From: Propionibacterium freudenreichii subsp. freudenreichii
GTDB lineage: Bacteria; Actinomycetota; Actinomycetes; Propionibacteriales; Propionibacteriaceae
Length of the DNA: 32,000 nt
Reading direction: 5' to 3'
Assembly (NCBI RefSeq): GCF_000940845.1
Contig: NZ_CP010341.1
Location: 2,310,001-2,342,000, forward strand
The number at the start of each line of letters is the position of its first letter. The first letter of the stretch is position 1. Shown one piece after another: positions 1 to 9,800 of this stretch. The notes under the pieces were generated by a model. It did no database searches and was not told the DNA's origin. It saw nothing but the letters and a program-made list of their open reading frames with translations. The position numbers and the translations under genes were made by a program.

Positions 1-1465
1 CCACCACGTCGTGGGTGATCAGCACGGTGGTGGTGCCGCGGTGGGCCAGCCGGTCGGCCAGCACCTGCGTCACCCGGGCGCGGGCCTGCACGTCGAGGGC
101 CGAGGTGGGTTCGTCGAGGATCAGCAGCCGCGGGTCGAACACCAGCGCGCGGGCCAGCGAGACGCGGGCGGCCTGGCCTCCCGACAGCTCGTCGCCGCGC
201 CGGAAGGCCAACTGATCTGCCCCGACCGCGGCCAACTGGGCGTGGGCGGCGCGTCGGGCCGCCGCACGCGGGACGCCCCGGGCGCGCAGCGGGTAGGCAA
301 CATTGGCCAGCACGCTCAGGTGGGCGAACACCTGTGGGTCCTGGCGCACCATCGCCACCCCGCGGCGGCGCGCCGGGGTGAAGGTGGTGGCGGTGTCGTG
401 CACCTGCGGCCCGATCGACGCCGTGCCGCTGTCGAGCGCCAACGCCCCGGCCAGCACCTGGGCCAGCGTCGACTTGCCGGCGCCGTTGCGTCCCATCACG
501 GCCACCACGCGCCCGGCCGGGATGTCGAGCGACACCTGCCAGTCGCGGGCCGTGACCGCACCGTCGACATGCACCGGCACGGCGGCGGCGCGCTGTTGCC
601 CGGCCGGGTCCGGCACATCGGTGGGCGTGGGCGACGCGGGCTCATCCTCGGCGGCCGGGCGGCGCCGACGCCCGGGCCACTCGGTGAGGGCGACGATCAC
701 GGCGGCGGCCACGATGAGCACCACACCCAGCGTCAGTGCGGTGCCGGAGTCGGCCTCGCGGGCGAGGTAGATCTCCAGGGGCATGGTGCGCGTGACGCCC
801 TGCAGCGAGCCGGCGAAGGTGAGGGTGGCGCCGAACTCGCCCAGGCAGCGGGCCAGCGCCAGGGCGGTGCCGCGGGCCAATCCGGTCGCCACGGTGGGCA
901 GGGTGATGGTGAAAAGCACCCTGCTGGGGCCGGCGCCCAGGCCGGCAGCGGTCTGTTCGAGGCCCTGGGTGCGCGAACGCAGCGCCGCCTCCAGGGTGAT
1001 CACCAGGAACGGCAGGGAGACGAACACCTGGGCCATCACCACGGCGATCGTGGAGAAGGCGATGTGCACCCCGGCGGCCTCCAGGCCGGCGCCGAGGACG
1101 CCCTTGCGTCCGAAGGTCACCAGCAGCGCCAGGCCTGCCACCACCGGCGGCAACGACAGGGGCAGGGCGACGAGCACGCGGGCCACGCGCACCCCACGCC
1201 ACCGGCGCGACAGGGCGACGGCCGCGGGAACCCCGAGCACCAGGTCGATCACGATGGCGGCCGCGCAGGTGCGCACGCTCAGCCACAGGGCGTCGCGGGC
1301 ACTGTCGCTGGTGATCACCCGGCCGAAGCTGGCCCAGGGCACCTTGGCGCCCATGAACAGCAGCGGCACCACCAGGTAGGCCAGGGCCACGCCGGCCAGT
1401 GCCACCAGCCACCAGGGTGCTGGGGACACCCGTGGTGCGCGGCGGCGGGGCCGGGCGTCGTTCAC
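1..1465 (-). CDS. modBC: Molybdate ABC transporter, fused permease (ModB) and ATP-binding (ModC) polypeptide; the C-terminus lies beyond position 1
   Basis: Absent from the ORF track because it runs off the window. Hand translation of the minus strand starts at GTG 1465 (GTGA overlap with the modA stop; alternative GTG at 1429). It gives a hydrophobic permease (..VSPAPWWLVALAGVALAYLVVPLLF.., ..GLGAGPSRVLFTITLPTVATGLARG..). This continues with no stop into an ABC ATPase: Walker A GRNGAGKST (~468-494), signature LSGGQAARVSLARAL (~150-190), Walker B LLILDEPTSALD (~95-130). Confidence 0.85.
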   Translation of the reverse strand, partial: MNDARPRRRAPRVSPAPWWLVALAGVALAYLVVPLLFMGAKVPWASFGRVITSDSARDALWLSVRTCAAAIVIDLVLGVPAAVALSRRWRGVRVARVLVALPLSLPPVVAGLALLVTFGRKGVLGAGLEAAGVHIAFSTIAVVMAQVFVSLPFLVITLEAALRSRTQGLEQTAAGLGAGPSRVLFTITLPTVATGLARGTALALARCLGEFGATLTFAGSLQGVTRTMPLEIYLAREADSGTALTLGVVLIVAAAVIVALTEWPGRRRRPAAEDEPASPTPTDVPDPAGQQRAAAVPVHVDGAVTARDWQVSLDIPAGRVVAVMGRNGAGKSTLAQVLAGALALDSGTASIGPQVHDTATTFTPARRRGVAMVRQDPQVFAHLSVLANVAYPLRARGVPRAAARRAAHAQLAAVGADQLAFRRGDELSGGQAARVSLARALVFDPRLLILDEPTSALDVQARARVTQVLADRLAHRGTTTVLITHDVV

Positions 1466-2238
1466 TGGCCGGGAGTGGAGAAGCCGTGGGCGTCGAGCAC
1501 CTGGCGTCCGGCCGGCGAGGTCACCAGGGCGACGAACCGCCCGGCGAGGTCCTGCTGGCGCGAGGCGGTCACCGTGGCGATCGGGTAGTCGTTGACCACC
1601 TTGTCGGCATCGGCGATGGGAATCGTGTCCACGGCGTCGCCCGAGGCCATCGCATCGGTGCGGTAGACGATGCCGGCGTCGGCCTGGCCGGTGGACACCT
1701 TGGCGCGCACATCGGTCACCTTGTCCTCCTCACTGACCGGATGCAGCGTGACGCCGAGCAGCCCGGTGAGCTGGGTGGTCGCCGCGCCGCAGGGCACGGC
1801 CGGGGCGCAGATCACCAGCTTGGCGCTGTCGAGCGAGGAATCGAGTCCGGTGACATGGGCCGGGTTGCCGGCCGGCGTGATCAGGGTGAGCACATTGGAC
1901 GCGAAGGTGGTGGGTTGGCCCACCAGCTTCTTGTCGCTGGCCTTGGCCATGGTGGAGGTGTTCGCGGTGGCCAGCACATCGGCCGGCGCCCCGTTGTCGA
2001 GCTGGTCGACCAGGGTCTGTGAGCCGGCGTAGCTGAACGTCACCTTCACTCCCGGGTGCGACGCCTCGAACTGCTTGCCCAGCTCGTCGTAGCTCTCGGT
2101 CAGCGACGCCGCCGCATAGACGGTGAGCGTGGCGTTCTGGCTGGACGAGGCTCCCCCCGAGCCCTTGGACGAGCCGCAGGCGGCCAGCGTCAACGACAGC
2201 AGGCAGGCGGTGACAAGGGCGAATGGGCGGGTTCTCAT
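1462..2238 (-). CDS. modA: Periplasmic molybdate-binding lipoprotein ModA
   Basis: 258-aa ORF with a signal peptide and lipobox (LSLTLAACGSS). It has ModA-like motifs (TVYAAASL, FSYAGSQTL) and sits directly upstream of modBC. Confidence 0.85.
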   Translation of the reverse strand: MRTRPFALVTACLLSLTLAACGSSKGSGGASSSQNATLTVYAAASLTESYDELGKQFEASHPGVKVTFSYAGSQTLVDQLDNGAPADVLATANTSTMAKASDKKLVGQPTTFASNVLTLITPAGNPAHVTGLDSSLDSAKLVICAPAVPCGAATTQLTGLLGVTLHPVSEEDKVTDVRAKVSTGQADAGIVYRTDAMASGDAVDTIPIADADKVVNDYPIATVTASRQQDLAGRFVALVTSPAGRQVLDAHGFSTPGQ

Positions 2239-2457
2239 GGGCGCTCCGGGGTCGTGAGAGGGGGACGGGTGGCCGGCGCGAGTCCGCGGCGACCACGCGT
2301 CAAGTTACCAAGGGCGACGGTCCGGTGGGCGGGGCGGGGTAATTGCGCGGGCGGCCCGGCGATACGCACCCGGTGCCGCCTGCGGGCTCGAATAGTGTGG
2401 TGCCATCCCCACCAGAGCCGCCACTGCCCTGGCGCCCACCCCGAGCGAGGAGCCCTC

Positions 2458-2964
2458 ATGCCGCACAGCGACTACGACCTGGCAGGCATTCGTGCAGCGA
2501 TCATCACCACCAACAACCGCGTGCTGGCCGGCGAACGTCCCGACCGCGGCGGCCAGCTGGCCGTCGAACAGCTCGCTGCGGCGGGCCTGCAGACGTCCGA
2601 GCCGGTGGTGATCCCCGAGGAGCACCATGCGGTGGCCGAGCAGCTGCGCGACAGCCTCGATGAGGGGAACCGGTTGGTGATCGTGCTGGGCGGCACCGGC
2701 TTCGGCATCCGCCATGAGAGCCCCGAGGTGGTGCGCGAGGCGATCGAGGTGGAGATTCCCGGCATCGCCGAGCAGATCCGCGCCCATGGGCTGACCAACA
2801 CGCCGCTGTCACCGCTGTCGCGTGAAGTGGTGGGCGTGACGGCCCGCGACAAGACGGGCGCCCTGGTGGTGGCGTCCCCCAGCTCGAAGGGCGGGGTCGC
2901 CGACACGCTGTCGGTACTGATCCCCCTGTTGAAGGACATCTTCGGCCAGCTCGACGAGATCTGA
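2458..2964 (+). CDS. MogA/MoaB-family molybdopterin-binding protein (divergent paralogue)
   Basis: ATG 2458 is preceded by GAGGAG. The MoCF-biosynthesis fold motif LVIVLGGTGFG is present. The usual R-D after GGTG reads RHE here. The 302-aa track ORF (from 2056) is an upstream over-extension. Confidence 0.7.
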   Translation: MPHSDYDLAGIRAAIITTNNRVLAGERPDRGGQLAVEQLAAAGLQTSEPVVIPEEHHAVAEQLRDSLDEGNRLVIVLGGTGFGIRHESPEVVREAIEVEIPGIAEQIRAHGLTNTPLSPLSREVVGVTARDKTGALVVASPSSKGGVADTLSVLIPLLKDIFGQLDEI

Positions 2965-3002
2965 GCCCCCACAAGCCGCCGGACGCAGGATAGGTGCGGA
3001 TT

Positions 3003-3026
3003 AAGCACCATCTACGGTGCTTTTCT
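3003..3026 (+). terminator. Intrinsic terminator downstream of the 2458-2964 gene
   Basis: Stem AAGCACC (3003-3009) pairs with GGTGCTT (3016-3022) around a 6-nt loop, followed by TTTCT. It lies 39 nt after the stop codon. Confidence 0.6.
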
Positions 3027-3114
3027 CGACCCTGTCTTCGTGTTGCGGGCGGGAGGCCGGACGGCCCATGTCCCGGCGGCGCGCGGGTGCCGGGTGATTT
3101 CGTGGCGGATTCGT

Positions 3115-3160
3115 CGCTCAGTGGATAGCTGTGCGGGAATGACGCCGCACAGGTGCCCAC
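3115..3160 (-). repeat. Copy A of a ~46-bp intergenic repeat with an internal 8-bp-stem hairpin (CTGTGCGG 3129-3136 / CCGCACAG 3145-3152)
   Basis: The reverse complement (gtgggcacctgtgcggcgtcattcccgcacagctatccactgagcg) matches 22473-22518 (gtggacacctgtgcggcgtcattcccgcacaactgcccactcagcg) at about 40/46 positions. Weaker similarity (ggtccggccc) extends to ~3200. Confidence 0.8.
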
Positions 3161-3210
3161 TTAACGGCCGGAACCGGGTCAGGGCGGGGCCGGACCGGAA
3201 GCGTCATTCA

Positions 3211-3250
3211 GGGAGGACTTTTGCAGGGTAGACGACGTAAAAGTCCTCCC
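3211..3250. repeat. Perfect 12-bp-stem hairpin (GGGAGGACTTTT / AAAAGTCCTCCC, 16-nt loop) between convergent genes; possible bidirectional terminator
   Basis: The arms at 3211-3222 and 3239-3250 are exact reverse complements. It lies 87 nt downstream of the mobA stop. No U-tract follows on either strand. Confidence 0.6.
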
Positions 3251-3336
3251 TATCCCTGATGCCCGGCACCCTCTGCCGCCGCCGCAGCATCCACCGCGGC
3301 ACGCCCCACGCGTCGCCCGCCACGTCACCCCGCGCC

Positions 3337-4011
3337 CTACACCAGGCGCCCACGCCACCAGTCGAGGTCATCGGGGGTGTCGATGTCGCGGCACAGGTCC
3401 GCCGGGCTCGGCAACTCCACCAGGTTGAGGACGCGCAGGGTGCGCGCAACACCGCGATTGCGCACCTGCCCGGCGTCGGCCAGCAGCCTGCGCAACGGAC
3501 CGGCCCGGTAGACGGCCTGCAGGTATTGACGGAACGGTGCGGGCTCGCCACCACGGGCCACCACGCCATCCGCATCAGGGCGGGCCGACAGCGCGGCAAC
3601 AAGCAGCGGCGCCAGGTCGACGATTCCGGGGCTGTCGACCGCCGTCACCAGCACCAGGGCGTGAGAGCCGGCCAACGCGGCCAAACCGGCAGCCAACCCG
3701 GCCACCGGACCCCCATCGGGCGGGTCCTCCAGGGTGCGCCGCACCCCCGGGGGCACCTCCACGTCGCGGGGCGCCACCACCACCGCATCACCATCGACCG
3801 CGGGCACCAATCCCGACAGCACGATGTCGAGCAGCCGACGCTGCCCCAGCCGCAGGTCGGCCTTCGACACCCCACCAAGGCGTTGCCCACCACCGCCGGC
3901 CAGGATCACCGCGCCCACCCGGCCGCGCCGGCCGGCATCGGGACGTGCACCTGAGGGGGTGGCTGCCATGGCCCGATCATCGCGCATCACGCGCCCGAAC
4001 ATGCCGGGCAT
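3337..4011 (-). CDS. mobA: Molybdenum cofactor guanylyltransferase MobA
   Basis: Contains the MobA-like NTP-transferase motif AVILAGGGGQRLGG. The start is uncertain: 4011, or the internal Met at ~3969. Confidence 0.75.
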   Translation of the reverse strand: MPGMFGRVMRDDRAMAATPSGARPDAGRRGRVGAVILAGGGGQRLGGVSKADLRLGQRRLLDIVLSGLVPAVDGDAVVVAPRDVEVPPGVRRTLEDPPDGGPVAGLAAGLAALAGSHALVLVTAVDSPGIVDLAPLLVAALSARPDADGVVARGGEPAPFRQYLQAVYRAGPLRRLLADAGQVRNRGVARTLRVLNLVELPSPADLCRDIDTPDDLDWWRGRLV

Positions 4012-4109
4012 GCCCGATCAGCCGAATATTGCGGGGTGATGCCGTCAAAAAACACAGCCACCCGCCCCGCAGCCCCTCGCACGCCGTCACCCGCTTGTAC
4101 TCTGAAACG

Positions 4110-5285
4110 GTGCCCGCCACCCCCCTGCCCAGCGCCGATGGTGCGCTGCGCGACCGCCACGGCCGGACCGCCCACGACCTGCGCGTCTCCCTGACCGATC
4201 GGTGCAACCTGCGGTGCAGCTATTGCATGCCGCCCGAGGGCCTGGCCTGGCTGCCCACCGACCAAATGCTCACCGACGCCGAGGTGACGCGCCTGTGCAC
4301 ACTGGCCGTCACCCACCTGGGCATCCACAAGATCCGCTTCACCGGCGGCGAACCGCTGCTGCGCAAGGGCCTGGAGTCGATCGTCGCCGCCTGCGCCGGC
4401 CTGCGCACCGACCGGGGCAGCTCCCCCGAACTCGCGCTCACCACCAATGCACTCGGCCTGGCCCACCGCGCCCGGGCCCTGGCCGACGCCGGACTCGACC
4501 GGGTGAACGTCTCGCTGGACACCCTGGACCGCGAACACTTCGCCCGCATCACCCACCGTGATCGCCTGCCCGACGTGCTGGCCGGCATCCGCGCCGCACA
4601 GGACGCCGGACTGACACCGGTCAAGGTGAATGCCGTTGTCACCCGCGCCATCAACGCCCCCGACCTGCCCGAGCTGTTCGACTTCTGCCTCGACAATTCC
4701 CTGCAACTGCGGGTGATCGAACAGATGCCGATCGGCCCCGAGGGCTCCTGGGACCGCGCCTCCATGGTCTCGCGCGCCGAGATCCTGGAACTGCTAGCCA
4801 CCCGCCACCAGCTCGCCGAGCTCAGTTCCCCGCCGACGACCGGGACGTTGCCAGATGGAGCGTTGCCAGATGGGATGCCACCCAGCACCGTCCAGCCCGA
4901 GCACTCCGCACCGTCCACCAGCGCGCCGCACACCGCCGAACCCACCGTCGCCGAACCCACCACCGCCCCCCTCGACCCGCACGCACCGGCCCAGCTGTGG
5001 CAGGTCGACGGACGCGCCGACACCACGGTGGGCATCATCGCCTCGGTCTCGGCCCCCTTCTGCCAGGCCTGCGACCGCACGCGACTCACCAGCGACGGCC
5101 AGGTGCGCTCCTGTCTGTTCTCCACCACCGAGACCGACCTGCGTGCCCTGCTGCGCAGCGGGGCCACAGACGCCCAGCTTGCCGACGCCTGGCGCACCGC
5201 CATGTGGGCCAAGCCACGCGCCCACGGCCTCGACGAGCCCTGGTTCGCCGTGCCGTCGCGCACCATGAGCCGCATCGGAGGTTGA
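4110..5285 (+). CDS. moaA: GTP 3',8-cyclase MoaA (radical SAM)
   Basis: Has the CNLRCSYC radical-SAM cluster motif, the C-terminal CQACDRTRLTSDGQVRSC cluster motif and the terminal GG. The start is assigned to in-frame GTG 4110; the track ORF from 3537 is antisense to mobA. There is a ~55-aa P/T/A-rich insert at ~4821-4992. Confidence 0.88.
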   Translation: MPATPLPSADGALRDRHGRTAHDLRVSLTDRCNLRCSYCMPPEGLAWLPTDQMLTDAEVTRLCTLAVTHLGIHKIRFTGGEPLLRKGLESIVAACAGLRTDRGSSPELALTTNALGLAHRARALADAGLDRVNVSLDTLDREHFARITHRDRLPDVLAGIRAAQDAGLTPVKVNAVVTRAINAPDLPELFDFCLDNSLQLRVIEQMPIGPEGSWDRASMVSRAEILELLATRHQLAELSSPPTTGTLPDGALPDGMPPSTVQPEHSAPSTSAPHTAEPTVAEPTTAPLDPHAPAQLWQVDGRADTTVGIIASVSAPFCQACDRTRLTSDGQVRSCLFSTTETDLRALLRSGATDAQLADAWRTAMWAKPRAHGLDEPWFAVPSRTMSRIGG

Positions 5286-5286
5286 T

Positions 5287-5304
5287 CCCGGTGCACACAC
5301 CGGG
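5287..5304 (+). terminator. GC-rich hairpin immediately after the moaA stop (CCCGGTG caca CACCGGG)
   Basis: 7-bp perfect stem with a 4-nt loop, 2 nt after the TGA. No U-tract follows, so terminator function is uncertain. Confidence 0.4.
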
Positions 5305-5428
5305 CACCCCCAGGCCCTAGAATTAGTCGCGATAAATCCGTCGAAAATCCTGTCGCTGCCGGCACCGCGCGATCGTCGAGCACGTGGGTTGCGCCGCCCA
5401 CCCCATGCAGCGTCGCGAGAGGAACGAC

Positions 5429-6787
5429 ATGGCCACCACGCCTGCGGGAGCCCCGTCCTCACCGGGTGCCGCGCTGCACACGTCCGGACGGGTGCTCACC
5501 AACTGGAACCCCGAGGACGCCGCCACGTGGAGCCCCCGCATCGCGTGGCGCACGCTGGCGATCAGCACCTATTCGATGATCCTGGCGTTCTGCGTCTGGT
5601 TCCTGGTGAGCGCCATCGCGCCGAAGCTCAACTCCATCGGCTTCGGGCTGACGACCGGCCAGCTCTACTGGCTGGCCGCCATGCCGGGCCTGTCCTGCGG
5701 CCTCATCCGGCTCGTCTACATGTTCCTGCCGCCCATCATGGGCACCCGCAAGCTCGTCGGCTGGAGCTCGCTGCTCTACCTCATTCCGATGTTCGGCTGG
5801 TTCTTCGCGGTGCAGAACCCCCACACCAGCTTCTGGGTGCTCATGGTGCTGGCCTTCACCTGCGGCATCGGCGGCGGCACCTTCTCGGGCTATATGCCCA
5901 GCACCGGATACTTCTTCCCCAAGCGTCTGCAGGGCACCGCGCTGGGGCTGCAGGCCGGCATCGGCAACCTGGGCATGTCGATCATCCAGCTGGTGGGTCC
6001 GATCCTCATGGGCTTCAGCCTGTTCGGCATCACCTGGCTGGCCCCCGAGCACACCGCCAGCGGAAACCTGTGGGTGCACAACGCGGCGATCTTCTTCGTG
6101 CCGTGGACGATCGTCGCCGCCATCCTGGCGTTCACGCTGCTCAAGGACGTGCCGGTGAAGGCCAGCTTCCGCCAGCAGATCGACATCTTCAGCAACCCCG
6201 ACACCTGGCTCATGACGCTCATGTACGTGATGACCTTCGGCCTGTTCTCGGGATTCAGCGCCCAGTTCGGGCTGCTCATCAACTCCACCTACGGCGAGAC
6301 GAGCCGCTTCGCCGGCATGGCCGCGCTGCCGCAGGGCGTCACCTACGCCTTCCTCGGCCCGCTCATCGGCTCACTGGTGCGCGCCGGCTGGGGACCGCTG
6401 TGCGACCGCTTCGGCGGCGCCATCTGGACGTTCACCTCCGGCGTCGGCCTGGTGGTCACGCTCGGGTGGGCGGCCCTGTTCCTCAACCCCAGCGATCCCG
6501 GCCAGTTCCCCGGCTTCCTGTGGGCGATGCTGATCATGTTCTTCTTCGCCGGCATCGGCAACGCCGGCACCTTCAAGCAGATGCCGATGATCATGCCCAA
6601 GCGCCAGGCCGGCGGCGCCATCGGTTTCACCGCCGCCATCGGCAGCTTCGGCCCCTTCTTCATCGGCATCGCACTGTCCGCCATGAACGCCGCCGTGTGG
6701 TTCTGGATCTGTGCCGCATTCTGTGCGCTCTGCTCGGTGATCTGCTGGATTCGCTACGCCCGTCCGCGGGCGCCGTTCCCCGGCTGA
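5429..6787 (+). CDS. narK: Nitrate/nitrite transporter NarK (MFS)
   Basis: ATG 5429 follows GAGAGGA. The product is a polytopic membrane protein with nitrate/nitrite-porter-type glycine-rich motifs (GGGTFSGYMP, AGIGNAGTFKQMP). It lies immediately upstream of narG. Confidence 0.88.
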   Translation: MATTPAGAPSSPGAALHTSGRVLTNWNPEDAATWSPRIAWRTLAISTYSMILAFCVWFLVSAIAPKLNSIGFGLTTGQLYWLAAMPGLSCGLIRLVYMFLPPIMGTRKLVGWSSLLYLIPMFGWFFAVQNPHTSFWVLMVLAFTCGIGGGTFSGYMPSTGYFFPKRLQGTALGLQAGIGNLGMSIIQLVGPILMGFSLFGITWLAPEHTASGNLWVHNAAIFFVPWTIVAAILAFTLLKDVPVKASFRQQIDIFSNPDTWLMTLMYVMTFGLFSGFSAQFGLLINSTYGETSRFAGMAALPQGVTYAFLGPLIGSLVRAGWGPLCDRFGGAIWTFTSGVGLVVTLGWAALFLNPSDPGQFPGFLWAMLIMFFFAGIGNAGTFKQMPMIMPKRQAGGAIGFTAAIGSFGPFFIGIALSAMNAAVWFWICAAFCALCSVICWIRYARPRAPFPG

Positions 6788-6820
6788 TCGCGCCGTCCCC
6801 ACCCCTCTTGGAGGTCACCA

Positions 6821-9800
6821 ATGTCCACCAGCCAGCGCCAGCACGACCCGCACGAGAAGCCCGCGCACGAGCATGAGCAGCACAAGGCCGCCGACGGGAG
6901 CGGCTCCGGCTCCCCGCTGCTGCGCATGGGCAGCTGGCTGCGACGCGGCAAGGCCTCGCGCGACACCCGCCAGCTGTTCCTGGCCGGCGGACGCGACGCC
7001 GACGCCTTCTACCGGCAGCGCTGGAGCTACGACAAGGTGGTGCGCTCCACCCATGGCGTGAACTGCACCGGCTCCTGCTCGTGGAAGGTGTACGTCAAGG
7101 ACGGCATCATCAGCTGGGAGACCCAGGAGACCGACTACCCCACCACCGGCCCCGACCTGCCCGAGTACGAGCCCCGCGGCTGCCCCCGCGGCGCAGCCTT
7201 CAGCTGGTACGAGTACTCGCCCAACCGCGTGAAGCACCCCTATGTGCGCTCGGCGCTGCTCGACCCCTACCGCGAGGCCCGCGAACGCCTGGGCGACCCG
7301 GTGCTGGCCTGGGCGTCGATCACCGACGACCCCGCCATCTCGCGCAGCTACAAGTCGGCGCGCGGGCACGGCGGCATGGTGCGCGTCAGCTGGGAGGAGG
7401 CCACCGAGATCATCGCCGCGTCCTATGTGCACACCATCAAGGCCTACGGGCCCGACCGCATCGCCGGGTTCTCGGTGATCCCGGCGATGAGCATGATCTC
7501 CTACGCCGCCGGATCGCGCTTCCACGAGCTGCTGGGCGCGCCGATGCTGAGCTTCTACGACTGGTACGCCGACCTGCCGCCGGCCAGCCCGCAGGTGTTC
7601 GGCGACCAGACCGACGTGCCCGAATCGGGCGACTGGTTCAACGCGCAGTACCTGATCATGTGGGGCTCCAATGTGCCGCTCACCCGCACACCCGACGCGC
7701 ACTTCATGACCGAGGCGCGCTACCACGGCCAGAAGGTCGTGGCGGTGAGCCCCGACTTCGCCGACAACACCAAGTTCGCCGACGACTGGCTGCGCGTGGC
7801 CCCCGGCACGGACGCCGCGCTGGCCCAGGCCATGGGCCATGTGATCCTGTCCGAGTTCCATGTCAGGCGCCGCGAGCCGTTCTTCCTCGATTACATGCGC
7901 CGCTATTCCGACGCGCCCTTCCTCATTGAGCTGGACGACGCCGCCACCGACGCCCCCGCCTCAGGCAGCCCCGCCACCAACGCGGCCACACAGGTCGTCC
8001 CCGGCAAGTTCCTGACCGCCGACAAGATGCCGGCCGGCACCACCGAACGCACCGACAACCAGGCGTTCCGCCCGCTGGTGCTCGACGCCGACGGCACCGT
8101 GAAGGACCCCGGCGGCACGCTCGCCGACCACTTCGGCGACCAGGGCGCCGGGCACTGGAACCTCACCCTCGACGGCGTCGCCCCGGTGCTGTCGCTGATG
8201 GACACCGACGACTGGACGCCGGTGGAGGTGACCCTGCCGCGCTTCGACCTGCCCACCCAGCCCGGCCAGGCCAGCCTCGGCGGCGGCACCGTGCGCCGCG
8301 GCGTGCCGGCGCGTCGGATCAATGGCCGCCTGGTGACCACCGTCTTCGACCTGCTGCTGGCCCAGTACGCCGTGGGACGCGAGGGCCTGCCCGGCCAGTG
8401 GCCCACCGGCTACGACGACGCCTCCACGCCGGGCACCCCCGCCTGGCAGGAGGAACTCACCGGCGTCGCCAGCGGTGCCGCCATCAAGATCGGCCGCGAA
8501 TTCGCCCTCAATGCCCTGGAGTCGAAGGGCCGGTCGATGATCCTCATGGGCGCCGGCGTCAACCACTACTTCCACGCCGACCTCATCTACCGCACCTTCC
8601 TGGCGCTCACCACGATGTGCGCCACCCAGGGCGTCAACGGCGGTGGCTGGGCCCATTACGTGGGCCAGGAGAAGGTGCGTCCGGTCACCGGGTTCTCGAA
8701 CTACGCGTTCGCCCTCGACTGGCAGCGCCCGGCCCGGCAGATGATCGCCACCGGCTGGTTCTACCTCACCACCGACCAGTGGCGCTACGACGGGGCACGC
8801 GCCGACGCGATGGCCAACCCGCTGGGAGGGGCGTCGTTCGCCGGCAAGACGACGGCCGACTGCCTGGTGGAATCGGCCCAGCGCGGCTGGATGCCCAGCT
8901 ACCCCACCTTCGACCGTTCGCCCCTCGAGTTGGGACGCCAGGCCCACGAGGCCGGCATGGCGCCGGGTGACTATGTGTCCGGCGAACTACGCGCCGGGCG
9001 CCTGCACTTCGCCGCCGAGGATCCCGACGCACCCGAGAACATGCCCCGCGTGCTGGCCAATTGGCGCACTAACCTGCTCGGCTCGTCGGCCAAGGGCACC
9101 GAGTTCTTCCTGCGCCACATGCTGGGCGCCGACAACGACGTGCAGGCCAGCGAGCTCGACGCCGACCATCGTCCCGCCTCGATGACCTGGCGCGACGAGG
9201 CACCCGCCGGCAAGCTCGACCTGATGTGGACCGCCGACTTCCGCAACACCTCCACCACCCTGCACTCCGACGTGGTGCTGCCGGCGGCCACCTGGTACGA
9301 GAAGCACGACCTGTCGAGCACCGACATGCATCCCTTCGTGCACTCGTTCAACGCGGCGGTCGACCCGCCGTGGGAGGCCCGCACCGACTTCCAGACCTTC
9401 CAGGAGCTGGCGCATCTCATCTCACGCATGGCGGCCACCCACCTGGGCACCCAGACCGACGCGCTGGCGGTGGCGCTCACCCACGATTCGCCCGACGAGC
9501 TGGCCACCCCCGGTGGCGTCGTGGACGCCGAGCGGGGCTGGGTGCCGGGCGTCACCATGCCCAGGATCGTGGCTGTGGAGCGCGACTACACCCAGATCGG
9601 CAACAAGTTCGACACGCTCGGCCCGCTGCTGGCCAGCGCCGGCATGACCACCAAGACGGTCGCCTTCCATCCCGACCGCGAGCTCGACGAGCTCGGCGAG
9701 CTGAACGGACGCGCCGACCAGGGCCGCGGCGCCGGGGCCGGCAGGCCCCTGGTCGACACCGACATCAAGGCCGCCGACGCCGTGCTCAAGCTGTCGGGCA

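Noticed and set aside
11-1588. 525-aa plus-strand ORF, and similar long ORFs at 6815-7861(-), 7961-8947(-), 11999-13543(-), 13321-14418(-), 16114-17064(-), 17642-18961(-), 19960-21090(+), 25916-26797(+), 28602-30005(+) and 30630-31649(-)
   Set aside because: They are Arg/Gly/Ala/Pro/His-rich translations with no recognisable motifs. Each lies antisense to, or out of frame with, a gene that has clear family signatures. This is the usual stop-codon-poor artefact of ~70% GC DNA.
2056-2457. Upstream extension of the MogA/MoaB-like ORF; I also considered a Moco riboswitch in the modA/mog divergent region and upstream of moaA (4012-4109)
   Set aside because: The extension overlaps modA antisense, and a good RBS + ATG exists at 2458. 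I could not recognise the conserved Moco-motif core by eye, and a covariance-model search (Rfam Moco_RNA_motif) would be needed, so no call was made.
2990-3160. A MITE bounded by taggtgcgga... (2991) and the inverted ...gtgggcacct (3160)
   Set aside because: The putative terminal inverted repeats match at only a few positions and no target duplication is visible. I kept only the well-supported 46-bp repeat shared with 22473-22518.
3537-4109. N-terminal 191 codons of the 582-aa track ORF that ends as MoaA
   Set aside because: This part is antisense to mobA and is Pro/Arg-rich. The MoaA homology (radical-SAM CxxxCxxC ~25 aa into the protein) only fits a start at GTG 4110.
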